Shown piece by piece: positions 1-11,508 of a stretch of DNA of 64,000 nucleotides. The position numbers were made by a program, and so were the translations under genes. The number at the start of each line of letters is the position of its first letter. Positions within the stretch are counted from its first letter, which is position 1. Under the pieces are notes generated by a model. The model was not told where the DNA came from and ran no database searches. It was given only the letters and a program-made list of their open reading frames with translations. Source of the stretch: Magallana gigas (taxonomy: Eukaryota); assembly GCF_963853765.1 (NCBI RefSeq), contig NC_088857.1, positions 9,796,001 to 9,860,000 of the forward strand, read 5' to 3'.

Positions 1-366
1 TTGTTGATTGCTGGGTTGTTGTTGTCGGTAACGTTGTAGATGACTGCGTTGTTGAGGGTTGTGGCGTGGTCGATGTTTGAGTTGTAGTTGTCGGTAATGT
101 TGTGGATGACTGCGTTGTAGAGGGGGATGGTGTCGTGGATTGCTGGGTTGTTGTTGTCGGCAGTGTTGTCGAAGCTTGTGTTGTTGAGGGCAGTGGAGTT
201 GTCGGTAATTCGGTTGTGGTTGTCGTATGTCCGTGTCCTCCATGGCTATGTGTCGTGTGGTTCACTGACACTGTTAGAATTGTCAAAACATTAGTTCAAC
301 TAAATACGTCAAAATTGGGTCGGAATGTCAATGAACAATGGATACCATCTTGCACACACACACACA

Positions 367-417
<51 letters not shown>

Positions 418-2264
418 CTCCATGAGCAGACGACTGATGACAAATGCAGTGGAAGTGTTCACAGCTGGCTCCCTGGTTGGAGGAACACACATGCGATGTA
501 CAGTCTGCGTCGTTATGACACCCTATTAAAAATATAGTACTTAAAATCAAAGTATTGCAATAATTTTGTTATGATTGTGGTGCTTTTTGATATGTGCAGC
601 ACGCTGTTCTATTGTTTGCCCATTCAATCGTTGACGCTCTCTGCTATAATGCTAGATCATAAATATTTGAAAATAATCTTGGCGATTTTACTATAAACAT
701 ATCAACTATATTCATGTAGCAAATACACAGATATAAATTCGCGTCGACTGATATGGTAAAAGTGTGTTTATAGCTTAAGATATCAACACTCTGAAGGGGT
801 TTAGGTCACGATTGGAAATACTAGTAATAAGGCCAAATTGATTACAGTTTTAATGCCATATGTAATAGATACCAGACTAAGTAATAAGGTCCTGACATTT
901 AAAGTTTTAGACAATCTATACTGACGAATGAAAGATTTGGCGTATACCAAATCAAAAGATTGTGCGTGTGTGTGTGTACGTCTGTCTCACCGTTTGAAAC
1001 AGCATCTCTTCGTAATCCCTGGACCCCATCTGTGAACGAAAATGTCATAAAACATAATGAGATTTTTTCGATAAGAATTCTGTACTCAGTGGCACATGTT
1101 AAAAATCAGCGTAAGAATATAAAATGAACTGGTTTTTTTTATTACGATAATGAAAAAAAAGGTGCAGCAATATTAACAAATATGGTCTGCCTGCTAAGAT
1201 TGATATGAAAGTCGTGTATTTGTAACTATTTCATATAGTAATTATTGCTCAAGAAAACCAAACTTAAAGATCGTTTTAGATCCAATCAACAGTATTTATT
1301 GGTTTTACAGCTTGAAAAAGAAAATAAAAAAACTCTAAAACGTATGAAGGACATGATATTATTCAAAATCTCATAAGTTATAAATTCATAGTCTAAATTT
1401 CAGTACCAAAAACATGTGAGAAAAATTTTGCCATGTTCGCTAACACTTTGTCGTTACAAAATTCTTTGCTGCTAAAATTGCATATATTTTTCGGAAATTG
1501 TACAAAGTAATGTTTTGTGGTGTTTGTTTATTAAAGCAGTTGCAGATTTGTTCGTTTGTTTGTTTGTTTGTTTTTTTGTAAAAAAGTTTTTCGAATGAAG
1601 AATTCACAAAATGTGTCATGCTTAGTGTGCTGCAGCACCTTGCATCGAAAATATCCTATGGTAGCAAAATAAAAATCGCAAAATTTGCAAAAATATCATA
1701 TCGTACTTCGCGTGTTAAATTTTTCACTAAAACAATAATGTCAGTAAATGTTCAATTACAATTAAAGCAACCAGTTTACCAGCACCATGAAATGATGTCA
1801 ACTTTGTCAACAGTAAATGAGAGAAACCTTCATTACATTGCATCCAACCAGTTATATTACTCCACCAAACAACTATGCATATAATTTATATACGGTCTTG
1901 GAATTGATTTTTGTAATAATGTATTGCTGTCATCAACAAATACGTGTAATAACGTATTGCTGTCATCAACAAATACGCGTAATAACGTATTTCTGTCATC
2001 AACAAATACGCGTAATAACATATTGCTGTCATCAACAAATACAGGTAATAAAAAGCTCATTTCCTAGCTTTCTTTCTCGGTTTTTCATCTAAATTAGTTC
2101 ACATACCTTCTTGATATTCCCTGATGGCCAAGGACAGACATCCTGTGACTAAATGAGAAAAAGACGAATTCAGTTATCTTTGCTAACACGAACGGATTGT
2201 AAATATTGGCATATATTTTACGGTTTGACTTACCAAGGAAAAAAGCGACATATATTCTCAACAT
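1..2264 (-). CDS. Secreted mucin-like protein, 5' part: signal peptide, short propeptide, 6-Cys module, His/Gly linker, Thr/Ser/Pro/Gln-rich region; continues off the left edge
   Basis: Exons 2264-2234, 2148-2107, 1029-991, 522-418 and 270-<1 are all joined by phase-1 GT-AG introns. They give MLRIYVAFFLVTGCLSLAIREYQEDGVQGLRRDAVSNGCHNDADCTSHVCSSNQGASCEHFHCICHQSSAHGVSVNHTTHSHGGHGHTTTTTELPTTPLPSTTQASTTLPTTTTQQSTTPSPSTTQSSTTLPTTTTQ..., with no stop to position 1. Confidence 0.82.
353..413. repeat. Compound (CA)n(CT)n microsatellite in a mucin intron
   Basis: Directly visible; it produces the spurious SLSL/RERE ORFs. Confidence 0.97.
1914..2052. repeat. 33-bp minisatellite, about 4 copies (GTAATAACGTATTGCTGTCATCAACAAATACGC), intronic
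   Basis: Four near-identical tandem units are visible. Confidence 0.93.
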
Positions 2265-2470
2265 TCTGGCCAAGGGGTTATGATAAGAATTTGGTCACCT
2301 TGAGCCAATTATTCAATCTCTCTTGACATTACGGGGATAAAGAAAGCACCTTCATCTTAACAACATTTTGCTGAAACCAGGGTCTAAAATATGTGAAAGA
2401 TCGCTATTCATTTCGAATTCCTTCATATGCTCAATTTTTGTAAATTGTTGACCATAATCAAATCTAACAC

Positions 2471-5400
2471 ATGGTCAGTCAAAAAAAGATAGAGTTACAC
2501 GTTTACAAAACCACACTCTTATAAATTCAATGCGAGATCGAACTCTGTACATATTATTCAATATCTTGAACAGATTCTGCGACATTTTAGAAGCTGGGCT
2601 GCAGACTATCAGGTAACTTGGCGACAGTCCACCTGTCGAAGAATTTACCTGATTTACTGACCGCACGCTGTATCTCTCTTGTTTACAGACAACACTGTGT
2701 GAATAAGGACAGTGCACCTCTCGACATCGAATGAACGAATGGGTTATTGTCTTTGTTTCCAGACATGTTAGAGGCGCCGCATCAGTACAAGTATCTTTTA
2801 GATAAAACAGATCAGTAATTTAATATAACATATCAGTATTATATTAAAAAAGCTATATGGTTTTAATTCTGTAAAAACTAACTGATATTACATCAAATTA
2901 AGTTGATAATTTTACATTTTAATCATATGATTGCTATCATCCTTATTTTAAAAAAATGGTAAAGAGAACTAGGAGACGAAGAAATTTACAAATATTTTAT
3001 GGTCTGTAAAATCAAAGACTTGGATTCATAGACATTGGAAGGTTTGAGAAGCTTACACATTTTTATAATTTAACAACACAACGATTTGAAAACTACACTG
3101 CTTAATATACTGTAATTTCCTTTCAAAAGTGCAGGAGATAAAGCAGCATTTCATGGCCTGGTGTTGATCGTGGTTCTTTGACAAATAGTAAATACCAAAA
3201 TTTGTAGACATTCAATGCACAAGATGCGCGGATCTAGTGGGCAATTGGCCTGGAGAGTCTAAATTCACACTTGTTTAATTAACGTTTCCGAAAAGAGGTA
3301 TTGGAACCACCCCTCCTATCCCCACCCCAACCTTTGCAATTAGAATTAGCCTTCCACCACTCCCCCCCCCCCCCAATCTAGGGGGTCTGGATCTGTGCAT
3401 GTAACTAAGCCAGGTTTTTTAAAATATGTAATCACTTTGACAACGTTCTTGAAAACTGGGGAGTCGCATAGATTAACCATCTTGGCTAGCTAAGGGTGAC
3501 GATCCACGGTGTTTCTCTATTCACAATATTTCTAGTTCTACTGCAGTATTCATTTTGTGCAAAGTAGTCGGAACCGGTGGGGGGGGGGGTGTAGGCGGGA
3601 CTGAGACCCCCCCCCCCCCCACACACACACACACACTTGGTTAGACCTAACCATCAGTCACATAGCATCAAGGAGGGACCAGCCCCCCCCCCCCCCCCCC
3701 CCACACACAAAAACACTTTTTATCGCAGCAAGCATAATTTTTCCTTAAAATGAAGTATCAGGAAGCTGCCCACCGCCCCCACATTTTCGGAAGAATGTAA
3801 GGAATTGAAATGAAAATAGAAATATTAACATCACCCTTGGCTACTGAAGATAAAATAACATGACCGAACAAATTAAGCTACTCCCTCCTGTTGATTATTC
3901 TAAAATAAATCACCGTCTTTTCCTAACTTTGATTTTCGGGGGCGCACCGGATCAAAACCTATTATTAATAAATTTTAGAGTTATCCCCCTTATTAAAGAA
4001 CTCTTCTTGAATGTAAATATCGTCTGCACATTGTGGCATCAGGTACGTGTGAATATATTAAAGTTGTAAATCAGTAATACATGATAACTTCTCATTCATA
4101 ATAGGGTTAATGAATCAAAGGTTTCATTCAAAATAGGGTTAATGAATCAAAGGTTTCATCCATATTAGGATTAATGTATCAAAGGTTTCACAAAAGTCAT
4201 GCTAAAGATAACTTGATTAATTAAACCAAAGATGACAGATGCTTACAGTTACAGTTCAGTAACGTTAGGCCTTTCGTAATTTTTTTGTACTGTATAACAT
4301 TACAAACGTACCACAAAACCTATAGATATTTGGTTTTAACTTATGCAAAATGTTGGCTTTAGAGTCACTGAAAAAGTGGTTCGACGGTGGTCAGTAAAAG
4401 TCTTTTTTAAAAAGTTTTTTTTTTCTCGGAGATGGGGGTGGTATGTTGTGTTTGTTTTGAATTTGTTTTGAGAAGAAAATGTCCTGGGTCCGGGTCAATA
4501 AAACACAAGTACTTAATTAATATATTTGTTGTTTTTATATTTTAGCTTCCTTTTCTTGATGCAGAAGACAGATTTCAGAACGTTGCAGAAAGAAGAAAAC
4601 GGTGAGGAAGATAATGATGCATACACACACGACACACCCAAGAAAAGACGTACAGTTGATGTAATTATACTTGCTTATAAATGTTATAATCGAAAAGAAA
4701 ATGTGCTATAAGAGCTTTTATATTCATCATCCAGTTTTAAAATCAAATTCCAAGTAGAATACAATAATCAATTGTGCGGAGCCCCTGTAAAGCTATAAAA
4801 TTATTGAAATTAGTCAGACATCTCGTTACATAAAAATGGAGAATGAAAAGTGTTGATTAAAGAGGGAAATATTTGCATGCAAATGTACTGTAAAGGTGTG
4901 CAGTTGTATGTGTTTATTTCAGAAAGAAGGTTTTGTGACACCAACAACCCCTGACATACCGAAATCATCCCCTTATTACCAGTGCGATGACAGAAACAGT
5001 CTCCTTACCACACCCGACATAGCTGAAGGTAAGGATGTCGAGCGCACCTGTCCATTGGCAAGTGCTTAGCAGCGTTTCCAGCGAGAGAACAAATTAATTA
5101 CACTGTTCTTTAATTTTTGCTCTCTGATTTAAGGATAATTTCTCTGCGACAACTCCAATTAACGTTGATATTGTTTCTTATGAGATGCATACAATAGATT
5201 AGGACTGTTTTAAATTGTAATTGTATACCAACATCTTCACGTGAAATCTTTTTATTCAGGGTCTGGTGAACTCTTCGGTGACAATTTTTTGACGTTGTAT
5301 CCGACGTTCTTACCTTCTGAAACGTCCGAAGATCTCTCTAATTCTGAGATACAGAATGAAGAGAACTATGAGTCCAATACGGAAACTCAGTTTAATCAAC

Positions 5401-5731
5401 CATCTAAAGATTCATTAAATATAGGCTCAATGTCGTCACAATCAGCTGAAATGACGACACCGTCAACCGAGGCAACAGACGACAGTTCAGAAAGGGAAGA
5501 TTCTGAGGGGTCGCCTCAAAGCATTTATGATGACTTGAGCATTGCTGACTTAATTAAAGGTGATGTTCGATTTGGATTTTTGCATTAAGAAATATATCCT
5601 TAATATACGGATAGCATTTTTCTCTGTATATATGAGAGATAATAAATAGATTGGGTTACTTTCAGACATGAGTGAGAAGTCAATGAAAGTTTACATGCAC
5701 TGGATGGAATTATTTCGGTAATAACAATTGA

Positions 5732-5794
<63 letters not shown>

Positions 5795-5982
5795 AAACAA
5801 TTTAACATATTCCACACGTTCTTTATAGAGATGGAGAAAAGTTTGAAGAGGGCGTCCCTTCTCTTATCGATGAGTTACTGAATCAGGCTAAGCGGATAGA
5901 GGAGGATCTTATAGAACAGAAAGAGGCCCTTCGTCAGAGGATCTACAGAATCACGCAGACTCTGCGGGTGGATGACCTTTAA
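2471..5982 (+). CDS. Uncharacterised acidic protein with a basic NLS-like motif and a C-terminal TEX12-like coiled-coil helix
   Basis: Phase-consistent exons: (ATG 2471-2473?), 2574-2612, 2689-2698, 2763-2790, 3979-4042, 4565-4660, 4923-5028, 5260-5559, 5831-5982. Protein reads ...VIPLIKELFLNVNIVCTLWHQKTDF...TPKKRRTVDKEGFVTP...(S/E/T-rich)...IDELLNQAKRIEEDLIEQKEALRQRIYRITQTLRVDDL*. AATAAA at 6121. The 5' microexons and the last acceptor (needs the weaker GAG at 5830) are uncertain. Confidence 0.65.
3224..3401. mobile_element. Short MITE-like element with ATGCGCGGATCYAG-type terminal inverted repeats
   Basis: atgcgcggatctag ... ctggatctgtgcat; a related copy lies at 32035-32202. Confidence 0.55.
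4099..4190. repeat. About 30-bp tandem repeat, 3 copies (ATAGGGTTAATGAATCAAAGGTTTCA core)
   Basis: Directly visible; the third copy is diverged. Confidence 0.85.
5737..5791. repeat. (CT)n microsatellite
   Basis: Directly visible. Confidence 0.97.
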
Positions 5983-6506
5983 AACTACTACTGTGGCAGC
6001 GGCCCCATTATACTGTAAATTAATCGGATTCTATACTGATTGGTTTGTGTTTTAGCGTTAACTAAACGAAATGATTCTACAATCTCTGTTTTATCATGAC
6101 ATGAAAGTCCTAATAATTAAAATAAATTTGTCTGCTTATCTTTATAAAGTCTGAGAAGTTCTTTTATCGTAATTGTACAAAAGAAAATTTAAAAGACTTG
6201 ATTGTCATATTTTATTAAAATTACAAAGCTATAACAAAGTTGATGAACATCACTGACAACTAGGTCAAGATTGTTCATCATGCATTTTTCAAGTAAGTGC
6301 TTTAAAATGAAATATTCATGTATAATTATGTGAAATCAAATTATGTCGAAAATATAATAAATTCAAAAAGATTAGCATATTCTTGCAAACATCTTAGTTC
6401 TAATAAAAAGTATTAATATGGACAGTACATTTTAGAAATGTATGGAAAAATTAAAGTCTCGTTTCTCAAGTAAAGTAGCGTACGTTTAAATAGGTCGTCA
6501 TGGTGC

Positions 6507-9500
6507 TCACGTCCCTTCTGAACTTTCACACACGAAAGGAAGTTCCACTGAATTGTTTGTCACATAGTAGGAGTAATCTCGTTCTGGTATCCACTGCCAC
6601 TCTCCGTTTCTGTATGTCAATATCAAACCCACTGATCGGTTGCCTGTTCTAGCTTTAAGGTCACGTGACCAGTTCGTATAAGTCACATGTGTATGGTCAT
6701 TATTTATCCACGATTTATCTCGTGTGTAGTATATACTCCCTATCCGTGCGTTTAAAGATCCATTTGGAAAATCGTTTTCTAGAATAGAAAAAATGATTTA
6801 TTTTTATTATTTCATTTTACGTTAAAGAAGACAAGACTGATATTTTAATTTGGTGCCTCACCAGGATTGATTTTCTCAATATCGAGCCATTTTCCGTAAG
6901 ACGTCCCATACCAGACCAACAGTTCATTGTTAGGATGGACGTCTTTAATTGTGTAGTAGAATTTCTTGGACCCACAGTTGAATGTGTCTGTATTTTCCTC
7001 GAATGCATTTCTGGCACAATTAACATATCGCAACCAGTTACTTATGTTCTCATTTTTACCGTCTATGAACAGCTTACGTGGACCAGAATCTATCTTAAAA
7101 TAACAACAAAATAAAATATGTGAAAGATGAAATTATTGCTCCATTAACTAGAAATTTGCGATTCATTGTTTCAAAATACTACACGTCTTACTTGCCAGCA
7201 ATAAGTAAAGTCTGTTGGGTTTTCGACAAATTCTCCCTCATATTCATCAAGAATAGTATGTTTGGGTACGAATGCGTCAGCCCACACGCCCATGTTAGCT
7301 CGCGGGATGAGTGACCGCCGGATGGAGAATCCTGGGGGAGTCGTCAGTTGCGCCCTGTTGGGGAGACTCGGGGAGATCTGAGGATGGGATGCATGGTGTT
7401 AATGATGCTATGAACATCAGAGACAGAAATCCGGTGTCATGGTAATGCGTGAACAGTCTTACCTCGTTCTTTCTTAAAACATTTAATGTGCTCTGTTCCA
7501 GCGTACCCTCGAAATAATGCTTACAATCTGAAAACAGAGCATGGAGATGATTTTTCATATATCAAATATTTACATTTTTTTGCCCACTTATATAAAACAA
7601 GTTCAATTTTCGCGAAAAAAAGTGATAATGTTCTATCTGTACATACATACATTCTAAGATCAATGCAAAACTCACACTCTCTTTCCATTTTTTTCTTCTC
7701 TCGCATAAGATATTCTTCCTGTAAAATATACTGTGGCGTTAAGAAAAGTTAAATACAATTTTCCGGTAGTTTTATATCCAACGGTTAATCATTGTATATT
7801 TTACCTCGTGTTTAAGGTGGATAAAATCTGTGTTGTCAAATATCCTGTCTTTATTTCCTGAAAAAAAAAAAGATACCGGCTCAAGGCTTTAAATCAAGTT
7901 ACGCATCATGCGTTAATATTTGATAAAATTAAAAATAAACAGCAACATATATTCAGTTGTAATGCATAACAAAGTAACCCCTTTTCTAAAGTCGAGATGG
8001 ATTTTCAAGACAAAATTTAATTTAGTACACCAGTCAAAATCTTGTTGATGCAAAATTAATAGTAGATTCATTGACTAATTTTTGTATAACTCTATGGTTT
8101 TGTTATAAGATTACGTTCAATGACTTACTATGAAGATACCCAGCAATGAAACTCTCTTCCTCCTTCGAGTTAATCACTGCAAGATAACCTCCCTCTTGAT
8201 GACACACATATGACGCATCGTCACGTGACTTTTTCTCCGGATGGAAGCTGTAACAATGATTGGTCCATTTCAGAGAGTGATGGCCGCCACATTCTGCTGT
8301 ATGAATCGAACACACTGTTTGCAATAAAGATTCGAATACATGATTAGTTGGCATTAATAATATCAATGTCTTAAAGTTATTCCATTCTCGTAAGTTAATA
8401 TATATTCAAAACGACACTGACCTAATGAACCTATGAAAAGAAATGAAAGGATCCTTTTCTCGTTGAGCTTTGGCATGACTGGAACCTTACTGCTTTTTGG
8501 GTAGTTCTATAGGATGTAAACATGTAAAAAAAAAAAAAGTACTTAACAAATCTTAGAATTACTTAAATAAAGAAATACATGTTAAAGCATCAGAGATCTA
8601 TTTCTCCTTACCAATTTAAATACGTTTCAACCTGTAATAAGCGATACGATTAATATATATGTATATGCCCTTATTATAAATATCTTTTTTTCTGAGAAAG
8701 ATTAAGAGTGTAAATTTTCGATCTATTTTTATTTTCAACATTATAACAAATTCTTATTTTTTCCATAAATCATTAATTTATTTCCTGAGTCATGCGCTGA
8801 TTCGACAAAACGATTGATGATTCCTGCTTTCACAAAAAAAAATATAACGCACAAGGTCGCATAAACCTTGCAAAAGCTTGCAATTTTTATATAATATGAT
8901 GTGTTTGTCGTTAACGCCCCTCCGTGTTTGACAGGAGTGTGGGATCATACCATACCACACACGAAAACATCAAAGCGAAAACATGCGGTTAAATAAACAT
9001 GTTTATTTATTTGAAGAATATTCATTGAGTAGAATTGTACCAATCAAAGATAGCAGTTGGATACCACGTTCTTTCCTTGTTCTCAATTGTTTTTTTTCTT
9101 TTCTTATAAAGTGTTTCTTAACAAGATTGTTGAAGCTATGAGCAATAATGGTTAATGAATACCATATACATGTATTAATTAATCCAGCACCCAGTAATAC
9201 AAATATTTACAGTGTTTTTGTGTCACCATCCCTCCCACCACTTATATTTTCGGCGCTTTAATCTTGCGATTTTGTTTCATTTCTCTGTTCACTGTTTTTT
9301 CCTGTTGTTTTTCAACACAGTCTTTTGGGTTCTTGTTTTTTTTTATGTTTTTTTTTGAAAGAGGGATTGTTAATTTTGCTTTTGTTTTTGATTTCACATT
9401 CCAAATGTTTAAACTATTCAATCAATTATCTATCTGTACATAATTAGAGAAGTTTGATTTGATATATATAATTATGATTAACATTTTATTACTAACTTCG

Positions 9501-9601
9501 GTATTTATTTGTTCTGCATTTTCTAGAACTAAGGTAAAATAACAGAATAAACAGAAAAGCAATGCACATACTGTATGAGTTTTGTGTGTTGTACAGAACA
9601 T
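6507..9601 (-). CDS. C-type lectin-domain protein with a PR/SET (PRDM7/9-like) methyltransferase domain inserted within the lectin fold, about 347 aa
   Basis: Exons 9601(or 9528)-9497, 8506-8491, 8296-8129, 7527-7463, 7377-7192, 7093-6862 and 6778-6507 chain in one frame (1044 nt from ATG 9601). CTL N-half: ECGG..NHCYSF..KKSRDDASYVCHQEGGYLAVINSKEEESFI. PR/SET: PNRAQLTTPPGFSIRRSLIPRANMGVW..EYEG..DGKNENISNWLRYVNCAR..EEN..KFYYTIKDVHPNNELLVWYGTSYG. CTL C-half: ARIG..YTNW..GLILTY..GEWQW..PFVCES. The first exon is ambiguous (alternative 10069-10036). Confidence 0.88.
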
Positions 9602-11138
9602 TTTGTGTATGTATAGTACAATCATTTAGTACATTCTAATACAGATAGTGGCCTTTAATTAGAAATGAAGTCAAGGTCGGCAATGAACACATAAGCAGAC
9701 TTATCAAGGGCTCATTTACGTCATGATAATAGAATACGGACATTATGTACAATACTATAACTCCTACCACTCTTCGAAGATACGAACGTCCACCCTCCGA
9801 CAGCAAACTACATGATTTCTTCACAGTGAATTTAATTCTACACCACGTTCTTTCAATAAAGTTTAAATCATATCTTTATCAATATAATTAAAAAAAATTA
9901 AAACACTTCAATTTTATAAAGGATTTTTTTTTACTGAATTCTTTTTTATGTATTTATTCCATTAATTGATTGTTTTTGACCTAGTATATATTGTATAGAA
10001 GTAATTCATAAAATTAAAACAAGAGTAAAACTTACTGTTGATCAAAGCATTAGCCCATAAAGTAGTCATCTAACACTATACAGCAGAAAAAGTTGACATA
10101 AGAAAGGTTATTGAAGATGGATCGATCGTTCATACTTCTATACCGTCGTGACTCAGTCATGTAAACCGCTTAAATTCTACAGCTATAAATACACAGTAAA
10201 ATTGATTGAATGTTCATTATTAAATTTTAGCGGTTATTTTTTGACGCTTTGTATAGTTAAGCTATTAATACTTCTTGTTACCAGAATAAGTACGATTAAG
10301 CTTGCAGACGACACATGATTGCCCCAGTTGTCATTTGTCGTGTCACTCTCGATCCCTGAACTTCCGGTGGGTCACATCTACGTCCAATATTCCAGCACCA
10401 CCGGGCACGAAACCTTTAATCTTTGTTATAATTTTAGATCTTAGAGAAATTCACTATATCTATGGTGTTTGTGATGCGTTTCTCCGGTTTTGTTGTTTCG
10501 TTGTATTTTTTTGTTTTGTTTTTTTGCATAACTGTGTCTTTTACTATTCTAGTAATTAACAATTTTTAATTGTCACTAAGTCCATAGTCATGACTTTGGA
10601 CTCACCGACAATGAAAAATTGTTAATAAGTAAAAGACAATCGTATAGCAAGACACAAGCCACTGTGCATCACACTGCTGCCTCAGTAGGAGTTTCCGGGG
10701 ACACGAGATGCGTTTATCCAAATATCATACCTGCGATATCGACGCGTGTGCGATATATTTCTAAAATCATGGTTCCAGAAGTTGAGTAAATTAATCAGAA
10801 AAGTAAGTCTCAATGCTAAAGTGATTAACGAATGATAAGATATCTGTTCAACAATGCCTTCTTTCTTTTACTTCTAAAAGGTGATACAGATTATCTGCAA
10901 AACTTCAAAATATTGTATCGGCTCATATTAACTGCCATTAGTTGCAATCTGTGTGTCTTATGAATTATTTACCTCTATTCATTGTTCCTATCTTAACTTA
11001 TTAACAAATTTGCTGTTTTGGGTTATAGATTTATTGATGAAAATATTTTAAAGAACTGTGTAGGCTAACTTCGAAAGCTGTATGACAGATGATGATACAT
11101 CCCCCATCCCACACTAACGCACTGCTTGATCTCTAACC

Positions 11139-11508
11139 GCTTCCTGGGCTGCGTTCAAGATTGTAGCTGCTACGTTCGGCTACGCTGTTGAGCGGTAAGT
11201 TTACCTAGCCTAACCTAGTAGATATTAGTATAGCCTATATATTTTATGCTAAGCAGAAAATTCGAGATGGCCACATGTATAACCACGTAGCAATAAACAT
11301 AAAATCTCTTTGCTTAGTGATGTTTTGTTCATCCTATAAGTTATAATGAATTTTAACAAGTACATATCAAACTTTGTCGATGTAATCAGTCTTTAGTTGA
11401 AAATTTCTAACTTAATTCAAATCTGAGACCTAGCGGTCCGTTCAATAGACCTAGATATCTACGACCTAGTGGCTAGGCTAGCTGCTACGATCATGAGCGC
11501 AGCCCTGG
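11139..11508. mobile_element. MITE-like element with ~30-bp imperfect TIRs (GGGCTGCG.. termini, possibly PIF/Harbinger-like)
   Basis: Left ctgggctgcgttcaagattgtagctgcta; reverse complement of the right end is ccagggctgcgctcatgatcgtagcagcta. Superfamily assignment is tentative. Confidence 0.6.

Noticed and set aside
102-529. Plus-strand ORFs MDDCVVEG... and SLSLSL ORFs
   Set aside because: Antisense of the left mucin exon plus the (CT)n microsatellite.
1817-2092. ORFs with repeated YCCHQQIRVIT / VFVDDSNTLLR
   Set aside because: Products of the 33-bp minisatellite inside a mucin intron.
1914-4190. Short direct repeats as a CRISPR array
   Set aside because: Contiguous tandem units without unique spacers, in a eukaryotic intron context with no cas genes.
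6507-7377. Calling the gene PRDM9
   Set aside because: Only the PR/SET domain is similar. There is no KRAB, SSXRD or zinc-finger array, and the flanks are lectin.
7295-7558. Apparent frameshift between the lectin exon and the PR domain (pseudogene?)
   Set aside because: Resolved by the 65-nt exon 7527-7463 and the CAG acceptor at 7378; the frame is continuous.
9636-9824. Hydrophobic minus-strand ORF as the lectin signal-peptide exon
   Set aside because: No phase-compatible donor was found before its stop.
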